Source: an uncultured Rhodocyclaceae bacterium (GTDB taxonomy: Bacteria > Pseudomonadota > Gammaproteobacteria > Burkholderiales > Rhodocyclaceae). From it: 64,000 bases of DNA. The stretch spans positions 804 through 64,803 of the forward strand of contig CAZWFC010000001.1 of the NCBI GenBank assembly GCA_964632965.1. The letters run 5' to 3'. The translations under genes were made by a program, and so were the position numbers. Positions 50,827 to 61,855 of the stretch are shown here, one piece after another. Under the pieces are notes generated by a model. That model was not told the origin of the DNA, ran no database searches, and worked only from the letters and a program-made list of their open reading frames with translations. Within the stretch, counting starts at the first letter, position 1, and every line of letters starts with the position of its first letter.

Positions 50827-51840
50827 ATGCGCATTGATGCAAATAGGCGCAATGCAAGCCTGTTGGCGGCAGGCGCCGCGGTACTGGGGCTGCTGCTCTT
50901 CCTCGCCGCGCGCGGACACTTGGACCACTGGCGAACGGATCCGCCGGAATCCCTCAGCGTCGGCGCGTTTTCCGGCGATGTCGGCGCTTTGACCTGGATC
51001 GCCAAGGAACATGGATTCTTCGATCGCGTCGGTCTCGATGTGGAAGTGCATGGCTATGCGTCCGGCAAAGACAGCGTGGATGCTCTGCGTGCGCGGCAAG
51101 TGGATCTGGCGACGGCTTCCGAGTTTGTCGTCGCCGACCGCAGTTTTGCCGAACCTGATCTGCGCATCTTGGCCAGCGTCTGCCAATACTGGAACAAGGG
51201 ACTGATCGGCCGCCGCGACCATGGTATCGCCAAGCCGGCCGACCTAAAGGGCAAGCGTGTCGGCGTCACGACGACCTCGACCGCCGAACATACCTTGGCG
51301 GTATTCCTGGCGATGCAGGGCTTGGTCATGAAGGATATCCAGGCGGTCAATCTTGCGCCCCGGCAGATGGTCGAACAAATCGGCACCGGCGCGATTGACG
51401 CCGCCATGACCTGGCAGCCGCATGTGAGCGTGATCGAGCGTCGACTGGGCGACAACGCGGTCAGCCTGCTGGACCACGGATCCGACGCCTATCTGCTGGT
51501 TCTGACGCGGCAAGATGCCTTGCCTGCCAAAGCCGAGGCGTTCAAGCGATTTCTGCGGGCTTTGCTGCTGGCGGAGGACTGGATCCGGACCGACCCGGGG
51601 CGTGCCAGGAAGTGGCTGGCCACCCGGTTCTCCCTGGACGATGCCTATGTCGAAAAGCTGTGGTCCAAGATACGTCTGGAGGTCAGTCTGCCCCAGGAAA
51701 TTCTCGACATCATGGATGGGGAGGCCCGCTGGTTGGCGAGAGCAAAAGGGAGCAGCGTGCAGCCGGATTATTCGCAATTTTTGTACAGTGCGCCGCTGGC
51801 CGCGATCAAGCCGCCCGCCGTAACCCTGTTTTCTCGCTGA
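50827..51840 (+). CDS. Membrane-anchored NMT1/SsuA-like periplasmic solute-binding protein
   Basis: N-terminal TM helix. Typical SBP blocks are present (VDLATASEFVVA, LKGKRVGVTTTSTAEHTL, IDAAMTWQPH). Confidence 0.65.
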   Translation: MRIDANRRNASLLAAGAAVLGLLLFLAARGHLDHWRTDPPESLSVGAFSGDVGALTWIAKEHGFFDRVGLDVEVHGYASGKDSVDALRARQVDLATASEFVVADRSFAEPDLRILASVCQYWNKGLIGRRDHGIAKPADLKGKRVGVTTTSTAEHTLAVFLAMQGLVMKDIQAVNLAPRQMVEQIGTGAIDAAMTWQPHVSVIERRLGDNAVSLLDHGSDAYLLVLTRQDALPAKAEAFKRFLRALLLAEDWIRTDPGRARKWLATRFSLDDAYVEKLWSKIRLEVSLPQEILDIMDGEARWLARAKGSSVQPDYSQFLYSAPLAAIKPPAVTLFSR

Positions 51841-51852
51841 TTCCATCGACAT

Positions 51853-53346
51853 ATGCGCAGCATCAAGACGAGCTTTCATGCCGCCCTGGTAATGGGAGCC
51901 AGCCTGATAGGCAGTTCGCTGTTGGCCTACACTGTCAGCCAGTCGATGTTTGTCGTCGATTCCTCGCGCAGCCAGGTGCTGGACAGAATTGCCGACGAGG
52001 GCATGGAACTGGTGCATCTGACTCACGCCGTCCTGCAATATCCCGGTCCCAGAAGCATCGGGCAGTGGCAAAGCCAGCTCGCCGAGCTCAGCGAACTCTG
52101 CGCGGCGAACGACAAGGCAGCCGAACCGGATATTGCCAAAATACTGGAGCAGACCAGGATTCGTCTCGACGTCTTGGCCCCCATCAAGGGAAAGCTTCTC
52201 GACGCCCGCGACAGGAGTGCCTTCGACCGGCAGTCGTCGGAGGTTGCCGCCATTCTTTCCGCGCAGATGTTTCAGGAGGCGACGCAATTGCAGGCCACCA
52301 TGAAGGCCTTGCGGGCGGCGGTCGACGTTTCCTTGCAGGCGGCATACGAACAGGCCCGCATCCGTCAGGTCGGCATTTTCCTGTTTTTCGCGACGCTGGG
52401 AACGTTGTTCGGAATCTATTTGTCGCTTGGCTTTCGGAAGCGAGTTCTTTACCCCTTGAACGGTCTCGAACGCACCATTGACGCGCTCAGGGATGGGCAG
52501 CGTCAGCGTGCGCCGATCATCGGCAACGACGAAATCGGCGCCATCAGCATGGCTTTCAACAATCTCCTCGACGAACAGGAAGAAGATGAAATAAAGCTCC
52601 GGACATCGGCGGACGAGATCATGAAGCTGAACAGCGCGCTGGAGCATCGGGTGCAGGAAAGGACGGCGCAGCTGGAGGCTGCCAACAAGGATCTGGAGGC
52701 CTTTTCCTATTCGGTGTCCCACGATCTGCACGCACCGCTGCGGGCAATCGACAACTTTGCGCGCATTCTCCGCGAAGATGAAGCCGAACGCCTCAGTCCG
52801 GGCGGGTTACAGTCGCTTGAGCGGATTTGGACCAACGCGGAAAAGATGGGCGCCCTGATCGACGATATCCTGCACTTTTCCCGCGTCGGGCGGCATGAGA
52901 TACGGCGTGCGGATGTCGATATGACGGCGCTGGCGCGGGAGGTGGTCGACGAATTGCGCGTCGAATATCCCCGGGCCGAGGCGACGGTTGCAGAACTGGC
53001 GAACGTTAGCGCCGACGCATCGATGCTGAGGCAGGTTTGGGTGAACCTGATCGGGAACGCCCTCAAGTTTTCCTCGAAAGCCGAGACGCCGCGCATTGTC
53101 GTCGGCATGGCGGCGGCACAAGAAATACCGACGTTCTTTGTTCGCGACAACGGCGTCGGCATCGATATGGCGCATGCCGGGAAGCTCTTCCAAGTCTTCG
53201 AACGAATGCATGCATACAGCGACTTCCCCGGCACCGGAGCGGGCCTTGCCATCGTCAAACGCATTGTCGAGCGGCACGGCGGGCGCATCTGGGTGGAGTC
53301 GCAGCCCGGCATGGGCGCGACGTTCTACTTTACGGTCGGCGACTAG
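51853..53346 (+). CDS. Sensor histidine kinase (TM sensor - HAMP - coiled coil - HisKA - HATPase_c)
   Basis: H-box FSYSVSHDLHAPLRAI, N-box NLIGNALKFS, G-boxes RDNGVGID and GTGAGLAIVKRI. No adjacent response regulator. Confidence 0.85.
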   Translation: MRSIKTSFHAALVMGASLIGSSLLAYTVSQSMFVVDSSRSQVLDRIADEGMELVHLTHAVLQYPGPRSIGQWQSQLAELSELCAANDKAAEPDIAKILEQTRIRLDVLAPIKGKLLDARDRSAFDRQSSEVAAILSAQMFQEATQLQATMKALRAAVDVSLQAAYEQARIRQVGIFLFFATLGTLFGIYLSLGFRKRVLYPLNGLERTIDALRDGQRQRAPIIGNDEIGAISMAFNNLLDEQEEDEIKLRTSADEIMKLNSALEHRVQERTAQLEAANKDLEAFSYSVSHDLHAPLRAIDNFARILREDEAERLSPGGLQSLERIWTNAEKMGALIDDILHFSRVGRHEIRRADVDMTALAREVVDELRVEYPRAEATVAELANVSADASMLRQVWVNLIGNALKFSSKAETPRIVVGMAAAQEIPTFFVRDNGVGIDMAHAGKLFQVFERMHAYSDFPGTGAGLAIVKRIVERHGGRIWVESQPGMGATFYFTVGD

Positions 53347-53406
53347 CCGGATACCCCGTATCCGCAGCCTTGTCGAACGACAGCCCGTCCTCGTGACAGC
53401 GGTCGC

Positions 53407-54366
53407 TTAGTTGTCGAACAGCGCCGCGACGAATTCCTTGACGCGAAACGGCTGCAAGTCCTGGATGCCTTCGCCGACGCCGATATAGCGCACGGGCTTG
53501 GGGCACTGGCGCGCAATCGCGGCGAGCACGCCGCCCTTGGCGGTGCCGTCGAGCTTGGTGACGACGAGGCCGGTGACGCCGATGGCCTTGTCGAAGGCCT
53601 TGACCTGCTGCACGGCGTTCTGGCCGATGTTGGCGTCGAGCACCAGCAGCACTTCGTGCGGGCCGGTCGGGTCGGCTTTCTGGATCACGCGCCGCACCTT
53701 GGCGATTTCTTCCATCAGGTGCAGTTGGGTCGGCAGGCGGCCGGCGGTGTCGGCGAGCACGATGTCGATGTTGCGCGCCTTGGCGGCGCTGATGGCGTCG
53801 AAGACGACGGCGGCCGGATCTCCCGACTCCTGGGCAATGACGGTGACGTCGTTGCGGCGGCCCCATTCGACGAGCTGTTCGCGCGCGGCGGCGCGGAAGG
53901 TGTCGCCGGCGGCGAACAGTACGCTCTTTCCGTCGTCGTGAAAATGGTGGGCCAGCTTGCCGATGGAGGTGGTCTTGCCGGCGCCGTTGATGCCGGCGAT
54001 CATGACGATGAAGGGCTTGTGGGTCGTTACGGCTAGCGGCTGTTCCAGCGGTGCGAGCAATTGTTCGAGCAGGGCCACGAGGGCCTGCCGCAGCTGCGCC
54101 GGGGTATCGAGTTTTTCGCGCTTGACCCGGGCCTTGAGTTCGTCGAGCAGCCAAGTGGTGGCATCGACGCCGCAATCGGCCATCAGCAGCGTGGTTTCCA
54201 GTTCTTCGAGCAGTTCGTCGTCGATCCGGGCGCGGCTGAACAATTCGCCCAGCGGCGTATTGAGCGCGGTGCGTGTCTTGGCGAGGCCGGCCTTGAGGCG
54301 ATCCGCCCAGCTATCGGTGCTCGCTGCGGCGGGCTCGGGGACTTTCTTTTTCAGGAAACCAAACAT
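53407..54366 (-). CDS. ftsY: Signal recognition particle receptor FtsY
   Basis: GINGAGKTTSIGKLA, DTAGRL, TKLDGTAKGG. 319 aa. Confidence 0.95.
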   Translation of the reverse strand: MFGFLKKKVPEPAAASTDSWADRLKAGLAKTRTALNTPLGELFSRARIDDELLEELETTLLMADCGVDATTWLLDELKARVKREKLDTPAQLRQALVALLEQLLAPLEQPLAVTTHKPFIVMIAGINGAGKTTSIGKLAHHFHDDGKSVLFAAGDTFRAAAREQLVEWGRRNDVTVIAQESGDPAAVVFDAISAAKARNIDIVLADTAGRLPTQLHLMEEIAKVRRVIQKADPTGPHEVLLVLDANIGQNAVQQVKAFDKAIGVTGLVVTKLDGTAKGGVLAAIARQCPKPVRYIGVGEGIQDLQPFRVKEFVAALFDN

Positions 54367-54469
54367 GGGGCGTTCGTGTCACAGGCAGTGCCGCGCTATC
54401 ATGTGCGGCTCGGAAAATCATTCTAACAGAAGCCCTTATGGCGACATGGGGGCGCACATGGGCGCTGAC

Positions 54470-55825
54470 ATGAGAAGAACCCTGGCCTTTGCGGCACTGG
54501 TGGCCTGCACGGCAACGGCGGCAGCCAATCCCTACGAAAAACAGTTGGCGAACGGTTTGCGCGTCATCGTCAAGGAAGACCACCGCGCGCCTTCGGCCGT
54601 GCATATGGTCTGGTACCGCGCCGGCGCGATGGACGAATACGACGGCTATTCGGGCCTCGCCCACGCCCTCGAACACATGATGTTCAAGGGCACGAAGAAT
54701 GTGCCGCCCGGCGGCTTCAACAAGCGCGTCGCCGAGGCCGGCGGCCGCGACAACGCTTTCACCAGCCTCGACTACACCGCCTACTTCCAGATCGTGCCCA
54801 AGCGCGCGCTGCCGGAGATGATGGCGCTGGAGGCCGATCGCATGGCCAACCTGACGCTGACGGAAAAGGAGTTCGCCGCCGAGATCAAGGTGGTGATGGA
54901 AGAGCGGCGCATGCGCACCGACGACAATCCGCAGGCGCTGGTGTACGAGGCCCTCAACTCGGTGGCCTTCCAGTCCCATCCCTACCGCCGTCCCATCATC
55001 GGCTGGATGGACGACCTGGAGAACATGACCTGGCTGGACGCCCGCGACTGGTACCGGCGCTGGTACGCGCCGAACAACGCCTACGTGGTGGTGGTCGGCG
55101 ACGTCGATCACCGGGAAGTGTTCCGCCTCGCCGAGAAGACCTACGGCAAGCTGAAGGCCCATGCGCTGCCCGGCCGCAAGCCGCAGAAGGAGCCGGAGCA
55201 GACCGGCACCAAGCGCGTCACCGTCAAGGCGCCGGCGAAGCTCGCCTACCTGGCGATGGCCTGGAAGGTGCCCAAGCTCAAGGATGTCGACAACGACCGC
55301 GAACCCTACGCGCTCGAAGTCCTGGCGGCGTTGCTCGACGGCCACGATGCCGCGCGCTTCGCCCGCAACCTGGTGCGCGAGCAGAAGGTCGCCCAGTCCG
55401 CCGGAGCCCATTACGACAGCACGCTGCGTGGCGAAAGCCTGTTCATCCTCGGCGGTCAGCCGGGCGAGGGCCGGAGCGTCGCCGACCTGGAGGCGGCCCT
55501 GCGCGGCGAGATCAGGCGCATCCAGGACGAGGGCGTCTCGGCGGAAGAGCTGGCGCGGGTGAAGACCCAACTGGTCGCCGCCCAGGTGTACAAGCGCGAC
55601 TCGATGATGGCGCAGGCGATGGAGCTCGGTTTCATGGAAGCCTCGGGCTTCCACTGGCGCGACGTCGACAAGGTCGTCGACAAGCTGCGTACGGTGACGG
55701 CCGAGGAAGTGCTGGCCGTCAGCAAGAAGTATTTCAAGGACGACACCCTGTCGGTGGCGGTGCTCGATCCGCAGCCCATGGACAAGGCCCAGCCGAAGAA
55801 GCCCGCGGCGGCGGCGCGCCATTGA
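54470..55825 (+). CDS. M16-family zinc peptidase (active subunit, HxxEH)
   Basis: ORF 53957..55825 trimmed to ATG 54470 (signal peptide MRRTLAFAALVACTATAAA); ATG 54446 is possible. Zinc motif GLAHALEHMMFKGT. Confidence 0.85.
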   Translation: MRRTLAFAALVACTATAAANPYEKQLANGLRVIVKEDHRAPSAVHMVWYRAGAMDEYDGYSGLAHALEHMMFKGTKNVPPGGFNKRVAEAGGRDNAFTSLDYTAYFQIVPKRALPEMMALEADRMANLTLTEKEFAAEIKVVMEERRMRTDDNPQALVYEALNSVAFQSHPYRRPIIGWMDDLENMTWLDARDWYRRWYAPNNAYVVVVGDVDHREVFRLAEKTYGKLKAHALPGRKPQKEPEQTGTKRVTVKAPAKLAYLAMAWKVPKLKDVDNDREPYALEVLAALLDGHDAARFARNLVREQKVAQSAGAHYDSTLRGESLFILGGQPGEGRSVADLEAALRGEIRRIQDEGVSAEELARVKTQLVAAQVYKRDSMMAQAMELGFMEASGFHWRDVDKVVDKLRTVTAEEVLAVSKKYFKDDTLSVAVLDPQPMDKAQPKKPAAAARH

Positions 55826-55839
55826 GGAGCAGCGGAAAC

Positions 55840-57135
55840 ATGACCATGAAAAAACTCTACCTTGCCGGTATCGCCCTGCTGATGACCCTTTCCGCTCATG
55901 CCGGTGTCAAGATCGAACACTGGGTCACGCCGTCCGGCGCCCGCGTCTATTTCGTCGAAACCCACGCGTTGCCCATTCTCGACGTGCAGGCGGATTTCTC
56001 CGCCGGCTCGGCTTTCGATCCGCCCGGCAAGAGCGGGCTGGCGGCGATGACACGCGGACTGCTCGACACCGGCACCGGCGACATGGACGAGGAGAAGATC
56101 GCCGGCCGGCTGGTCGACCTCGGCGTGCGGCTCGCCGGTTCGATCGATTACGACCGCGCCGGACTCAGTCTGCGCACCCTGTCGTCGCGGACGGAACGCG
56201 ATGCGGCGCTGGATCTCATGCGCCGGCTGCTGGCGCAGCCCGCCTTTCCCGAGGCGCCGCTGGCGCGCGAGAAGACGCGCACCATCGCCGAGATACAGGA
56301 GTCGGAGACGCGCCCGGACAGCATCGCCGCAAAGCGCTTCGCCGCGGCCATCTATCCGGGCCACCCCTACGGCGTCACGGCGACGGCCGAGAGCGTCGGC
56401 CGCATCGCGCGCGAGGACCTCGTCGCCTTCCATCGCGACTACTACTCGGCGAAGCGCGCGGTGATCTCGATCATCGGCGACGTCTCGCGCGCGGAAGCCG
56501 AAACCATCGCCCAAAACCTGTCCGGCGCCTTGCCCGCCGGCATCGACGAGCAACCGCTGCCCGCGGTCGCCAGCCCGGCGCAGGGCGTCGTCAAGGTCGC
56601 GCATCCGGCATCGCAGAGCCATATCCACGTCGGCCTGCCGGCGGTCAAGCGCGGCGACCCCGATTTCTACGCGCTCCAGGTTGGCAACTACAGCCTCGGC
56701 GGCGGCGGTTTCGTCTCGCGGCTGATGAAGGAAGTGCGCGAGAAGCGCGGCTATGCCTACAGCGTCTATTCCTACTTCGCGCCGCGCCGGCTCGAAGGGC
56801 CCTTCGAGATCGGCCTGCAAACCAAGCGCGAACAGGCCGACGCGGCGCTCAAGGTGGCGCGGGACGTGCTGACCGACTTCCTCGCCCAGGGGCCGACCGA
56901 CAAGGAACTGGCGGCGGCGAAGAAGAACCTCATCGATGGCCTGTCGCTGCGCATCGACAGCAATGCCAAGCTGCTCGGCTATCTCGCGGTGATCGGCTTC
57001 TACAACCTGCCGCTGACCTATCTCGACGATTTCCCGGCCAAGGTGCAGGCCGTGACGGCCAAGGACGTGCGCGCGGCCTTCGCGCGCCACGTCAAGCCGG
57101 AAAACCTCGTGACGGTGATCGTGGCGACGGATTGA
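55840..57135 (+). CDS. M16-family peptidase-like protein (no HxxEH, probably the non-catalytic partner)
   Basis: ATG 55840 after GAGGAG (MTMKKLYLAGIALLMTLSAHA). It has the M16 fold pattern but GLAAMTRGLLDTGTG in place of the zinc motif. Confidence 0.8.
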   Translation: MTMKKLYLAGIALLMTLSAHAGVKIEHWVTPSGARVYFVETHALPILDVQADFSAGSAFDPPGKSGLAAMTRGLLDTGTGDMDEEKIAGRLVDLGVRLAGSIDYDRAGLSLRTLSSRTERDAALDLMRRLLAQPAFPEAPLAREKTRTIAEIQESETRPDSIAAKRFAAAIYPGHPYGVTATAESVGRIAREDLVAFHRDYYSAKRAVISIIGDVSRAEAETIAQNLSGALPAGIDEQPLPAVASPAQGVVKVAHPASQSHIHVGLPAVKRGDPDFYALQVGNYSLGGGGFVSRLMKEVREKRGYAYSVYSYFAPRRLEGPFEIGLQTKREQADAALKVARDVLTDFLAQGPTDKELAAAKKNLIDGLSLRIDSNAKLLGYLAVIGFYNLPLTYLDDFPAKVQAVTAKDVRAAFARHVKPENLVTVIVATD

Positions 57136-57319
57136 TGGTCCGCCCACCCCCGACCTCTCCCTCTCGGGAGGGGAGCTCGCAAGCTCGCTGCGCTCGATCG
57201 TTTTGGGGCGCGCTGTCTTGCTACCGGCGCGGATGCCGCCTCCGACGGCGTGCCGTTTCGCCTTGTCCCGCGGGGATTTCCTCCGGTCAGGGCGGCCCGG
57301 CGGCGAAACTGTCCGGGTT

Positions 57320-58640
<1,321 letters not shown>

Positions 58641-58644
58641 GCGG

Positions 58645-59457
58645 CTACCTCTGGCAGCGCGGGCAGAAGAATGTGCTTCGCTGTCCCTGGCGGATCGCCT
58701 TGATCGGCGTGCCGCAATTTGTGCAGGGCTGGCCGGCGCGGTCGTAGACCCGGTGGCGCGTCTGGAAACAGCCGAGTTCCCCGTCCGAATGCGAGAAGTC
58801 GCGCAGGCTGCTGCCGCCGGCGGCGATCGCCGCGCGCAGTATCTTCCTGATCGCCGGCACCAGTCTGCCCAGCCGTTCGTCGGCGATGCGGCCGGCCGCG
58901 CGGCGCGGGTCTATGCCGGCGAGGAAGAGGCTTTCCGAGGCGTAGATGTTGCCGATGCCGACGACCAGATGGGCATCCATCAGCGCCGGCTTGATCGCCG
59001 TCTTGCGGCCGGAGAGGCGTTCCGCCAGCCATGCGGCGGTGAATGCCGACGCCAGCGGTTCCACGCCCAGGCTCGCCAGCAGCGGATGGTCTGCGGGATC
59101 GCCCTCGATCCACAGCAATGCGCCGAAGCGGCGCGGGTCGCGCAGGCGCAGCGCGGTGGCGCCGAAAACCAGATCGACGTGATCGTGCTTTTCCGGCGCC
59201 GATTCCGCCGGCACCAGCCTCAGGCTGCCCGACATGCCCAGGTGCAGCAGCAGGTGGCCGCTGCCGAAGTCCAGCAGCAGGTATTTGCCGCGGCGCGCGA
59301 CGGAGACCAGTTCGGCGCCGGCGAGACGGCGGCCCAGTTCCGCCGGCAGCGGGTAGCGCAGTGCCGGCACGCGCATCACGGCGCCGGTCAGACGCTCTCC
59401 GGCGAGGCGGGGCTCGATGCCGCGCCGCGTGACTTCGACCTCGGGCAGTTCAGGCAT
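58645..59457 (-). CDS. mutM: Formamidopyrimidine-DNA glycosylase
   Basis: N-terminal MPELPEVE. C-terminal zinc finger CTNCGTPI...FFCPRCQ. Confidence 0.95.
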   Translation of the reverse strand: MPELPEVEVTRRGIEPRLAGERLTGAVMRVPALRYPLPAELGRRLAGAELVSVARRGKYLLLDFGSGHLLLHLGMSGSLRLVPAESAPEKHDHVDLVFGATALRLRDPRRFGALLWIEGDPADHPLLASLGVEPLASAFTAAWLAERLSGRKTAIKPALMDAHLVVGIGNIYASESLFLAGIDPRRAAGRIADERLGRLVPAIRKILRAAIAAGGSSLRDFSHSDGELGCFQTRHRVYDRAGQPCTNCGTPIKAIRQGQRSTFFCPRCQR

Positions 59458-59552
59458 CGCGGTCTGTCCCTGCGCGCGCGGCGTTTCGGGAGGCTTGCGA
59501 AACTGCTAACATGGCCGCATTGTATTGGAACACCCGCCCATACCGTTCTCCG

Positions 59553-61247
59553 ATGAAGCTGCGACTCCTTGTCACCCTGATTTGCGCCAGTCTCGGCAGC
59601 GGGTTTGTCCATGCCGACGATGCTGTCGTCGCACCCGATGACGTTGCTGCCGCAGCACGCCTGCCCAGGATCGATCTCACGCCGCAACTGCTGCACCAGT
59701 TCCTGGTCGCAGAAATGGCGGGCCATCGCGGTCAGATGGCGCTGGCGGTCGGCGCCTACCGCGACCTCGCCAAATCGACGCGCGACCCTCGTGTCGCCAG
59801 GCGTGCCGCCGAAATTGCCATCTATGCGCGCCAGTACGATGCCGCGCTCGACGCCGCACGCATCTGGGTCGATGCCGATCCGGATTCGCAAGGCGCGCGG
59901 CAAATGCTCGCGAGCCTCCTCGCGGCCAGCGGCCGCGGCGACGAATTATCGGTCCATGTCGCCAAGATGCTGGCGGCGGCCGGCCCCGATATCGGTCCCG
60001 CACTCCTGCGCCTGAACCGCGTCTTCGCGCGCAGCACGGACAAGGCGGCCGTGCAGAGACTCATTGACGAAGTGACGGCACCCTACCTGGGTATGGCCGA
60101 AGCGCATTTCGCCCGTTCCATTGCCGCCGTCGAAGCCCAGGACCTGTTTCGGTCCCGCGCCGAGGTCGAGCGTGCCCTGGCACTGCGTCCCGATTGGGAG
60201 CAGGCGGCGCTGCTGCGCGCCCAGGTGTCGCCGCGTGCCGAGGTGCTCGACGGCCTGAAGCGTTTCGTCGCCGACAACCCGAAGGCGCGCGAGGCCCGTC
60301 TGGCCTATGCCCGTGCCCTGGTCGGCGAAAAGCGTTTCGAGGAGGCGCGGCGCGAATTCGCCGATATCCTTGCCGACAACCCGGATAACGCCGATGTGAT
60401 CTATGCGGTCGCCGTGCTCTCGCTGCAGTTGGGCGATACCGCGCTGGCCGAGGTGCATCTCAAGCGTCTGGTCGAACTCGGCTACAGCGAAGCCGGCAGC
60501 GCCCGCCTGTATCTCGGCCAGATCGCCGAGGAGAAGAAGCGCTGGGACGATGCGATCCAGTGGTATTCCCAGGTCGGCGCCGGCGAGCAATATCTGGCGG
60601 CGCAGGTGCGGCTGGCCAGCGTATTGGCTCAGACCGGGCGGCTCGACGAAGCGCGCCGCCACCTGCAGGAGGCCCGCGCCGGCAGTCCGCGCGAACGGGT
60701 GCAGCTGATTCTCGGCGAAGCCCAGCTTCTGCGCGAGGCGCGCCGCAACGACGAGGCGTTCCAGGTGCTCGAAGCGGGTCTCGCCGCCCTGCCGGACCAG
60801 CCCGAGCTGCTCTACGAAGCCGGCCTGGCCGCGGAAAAGATCGGCCGCCCGGCCGTGCTCGAAAAATACTTGCGCCAGCTCATCCAGATCAAGCCCGATC
60901 ACGCCCACGCCTACAACGCGCTCGGCTATTCGCTGGCCGACCGTGGCGAGCGCCTCGACGAAGCGCAGCAACTGATCGACAAGGCGCTGCTGATTTCCCC
61001 GGAAGACCCCTTCATTCTCGACAGCAAGGGCTGGCTGCTCTACCGCAGGGGCGACAGCGGTGCCGCGCTCGACGTGCTGAAGAAGGCGCTGGCCCTGCGC
61101 GCCGACCCGGAGATCGCCGCGCACTGCGGTGAAGTGCTGTGGGTGCTTGGCCGTCGCGACGAAGCGCTCAAGACCTGGAGCGATGCGGTGCAGGCCAGCC
61201 CCGGCAACGAAGCGCTGGCGGCGACGATCAAGCGGTTCAAACCCTGA
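59553..61247 (+). CDS. Exported tetratricopeptide-repeat protein
   Basis: ORF 59511..61247 trimmed to ATG 59553 (signal peptide MKLRLLVTLICASLGSGFVHA). Multiple TPR-like helical repeats. It holds the position upstream of lolB that I recall as typical in beta/gamma-proteobacteria. Confidence 0.8.
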   Translation: MKLRLLVTLICASLGSGFVHADDAVVAPDDVAAAARLPRIDLTPQLLHQFLVAEMAGHRGQMALAVGAYRDLAKSTRDPRVARRAAEIAIYARQYDAALDAARIWVDADPDSQGARQMLASLLAASGRGDELSVHVAKMLAAAGPDIGPALLRLNRVFARSTDKAAVQRLIDEVTAPYLGMAEAHFARSIAAVEAQDLFRSRAEVERALALRPDWEQAALLRAQVSPRAEVLDGLKRFVADNPKAREARLAYARALVGEKRFEEARREFADILADNPDNADVIYAVAVLSLQLGDTALAEVHLKRLVELGYSEAGSARLYLGQIAEEKKRWDDAIQWYSQVGAGEQYLAAQVRLASVLAQTGRLDEARRHLQEARAGSPRERVQLILGEAQLLREARRNDEAFQVLEAGLAALPDQPELLYEAGLAAEKIGRPAVLEKYLRQLIQIKPDHAHAYNALGYSLADRGERLDEAQQLIDKALLISPEDPFILDSKGWLLYRRGDSGAALDVLKKALALRADPEIAAHCGEVLWVLGRRDEALKTWSDAVQASPGNEALAATIKRFKP

Positions 61248-61273
61248 AGCCCGGTTCAACGAGTTCGTCGCGG

Positions 61274-61855
61274 ATGCGTCGCCTGGCGGGACAAGCCTTG
61301 TTCTTGCGCGGACTGTTCCTTTGTCTCGTGGCCGGCCTGCTGGCGGGTTGCGAAGCCTTGCCGGTCAGGGAAAACCATTTCGCGCCGCGGCCGGCGCCGG
61401 CGGACATCGCGGCGTTTTCCTTCGATGGGCGCATTTCGGCGCGCCAGGGCGAGACTAGCCACCATGCCAATATCGCTTGGCGGCACACGCCGGATGACGA
61501 CGAAATCCTGCTGACCACGCCGCTGGGCCAGGGCGTGGCGGAACTCACTCGCGGCGCCCGCGGCGCCCGGCTCGTGGGCGCCGACCGGCAGGTGTTCGAG
61601 GCGCCGGACTGGGAGGGACTTTCCGCCCGCCTGTTCGGCTTCGAACTGCCGCTGACCGGCCTGCCGCGCTGGGTGCTCGGCGACGTGCCGTCCGCCGGGC
61701 GCGGCGCCCAGCTCGATGCGGCGCGGGTTGCCGGCTGGGATATCCGCTATCTCGACCGTGAGTCGGATGCACCCGGTGCCCTGCCGGTGCTGATCGAATT
61801 CCGGCGCGACGACATCGAACTGCGGCTCAAGGTGGACGAATGGCATCTGGAATAG
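61274..61855 (+). CDS. lolB: Outer-membrane lipoprotein insertion protein LolB
   Basis: ORF trimmed to ATG 61274. Lipobox LLAGC. FSFDGRISARQGE...ANIAWRH pattern. Context immediately upstream of ispE. Confidence 0.8.
   Translation: MRRLAGQALFLRGLFLCLVAGLLAGCEALPVRENHFAPRPAPADIAAFSFDGRISARQGETSHHANIAWRHTPDDDEILLTTPLGQGVAELTRGARGARLVGADRQVFEAPDWEGLSARLFGFELPLTGLPRWVLGDVPSAGRGAQLDAARVAGWDIRYLDRESDAPGALPVLIEFRRDDIELRLKVDEWHLE

Noticed and set aside
57141-57180. Imperfect hairpin CTCTCCCTC-TCGG-GAGGGGAG after the second M16 gene
   Set aside because: The stem has a mismatch or bulge and no T-run. It may be a weak terminator or nothing, so I did not list it as a feature.
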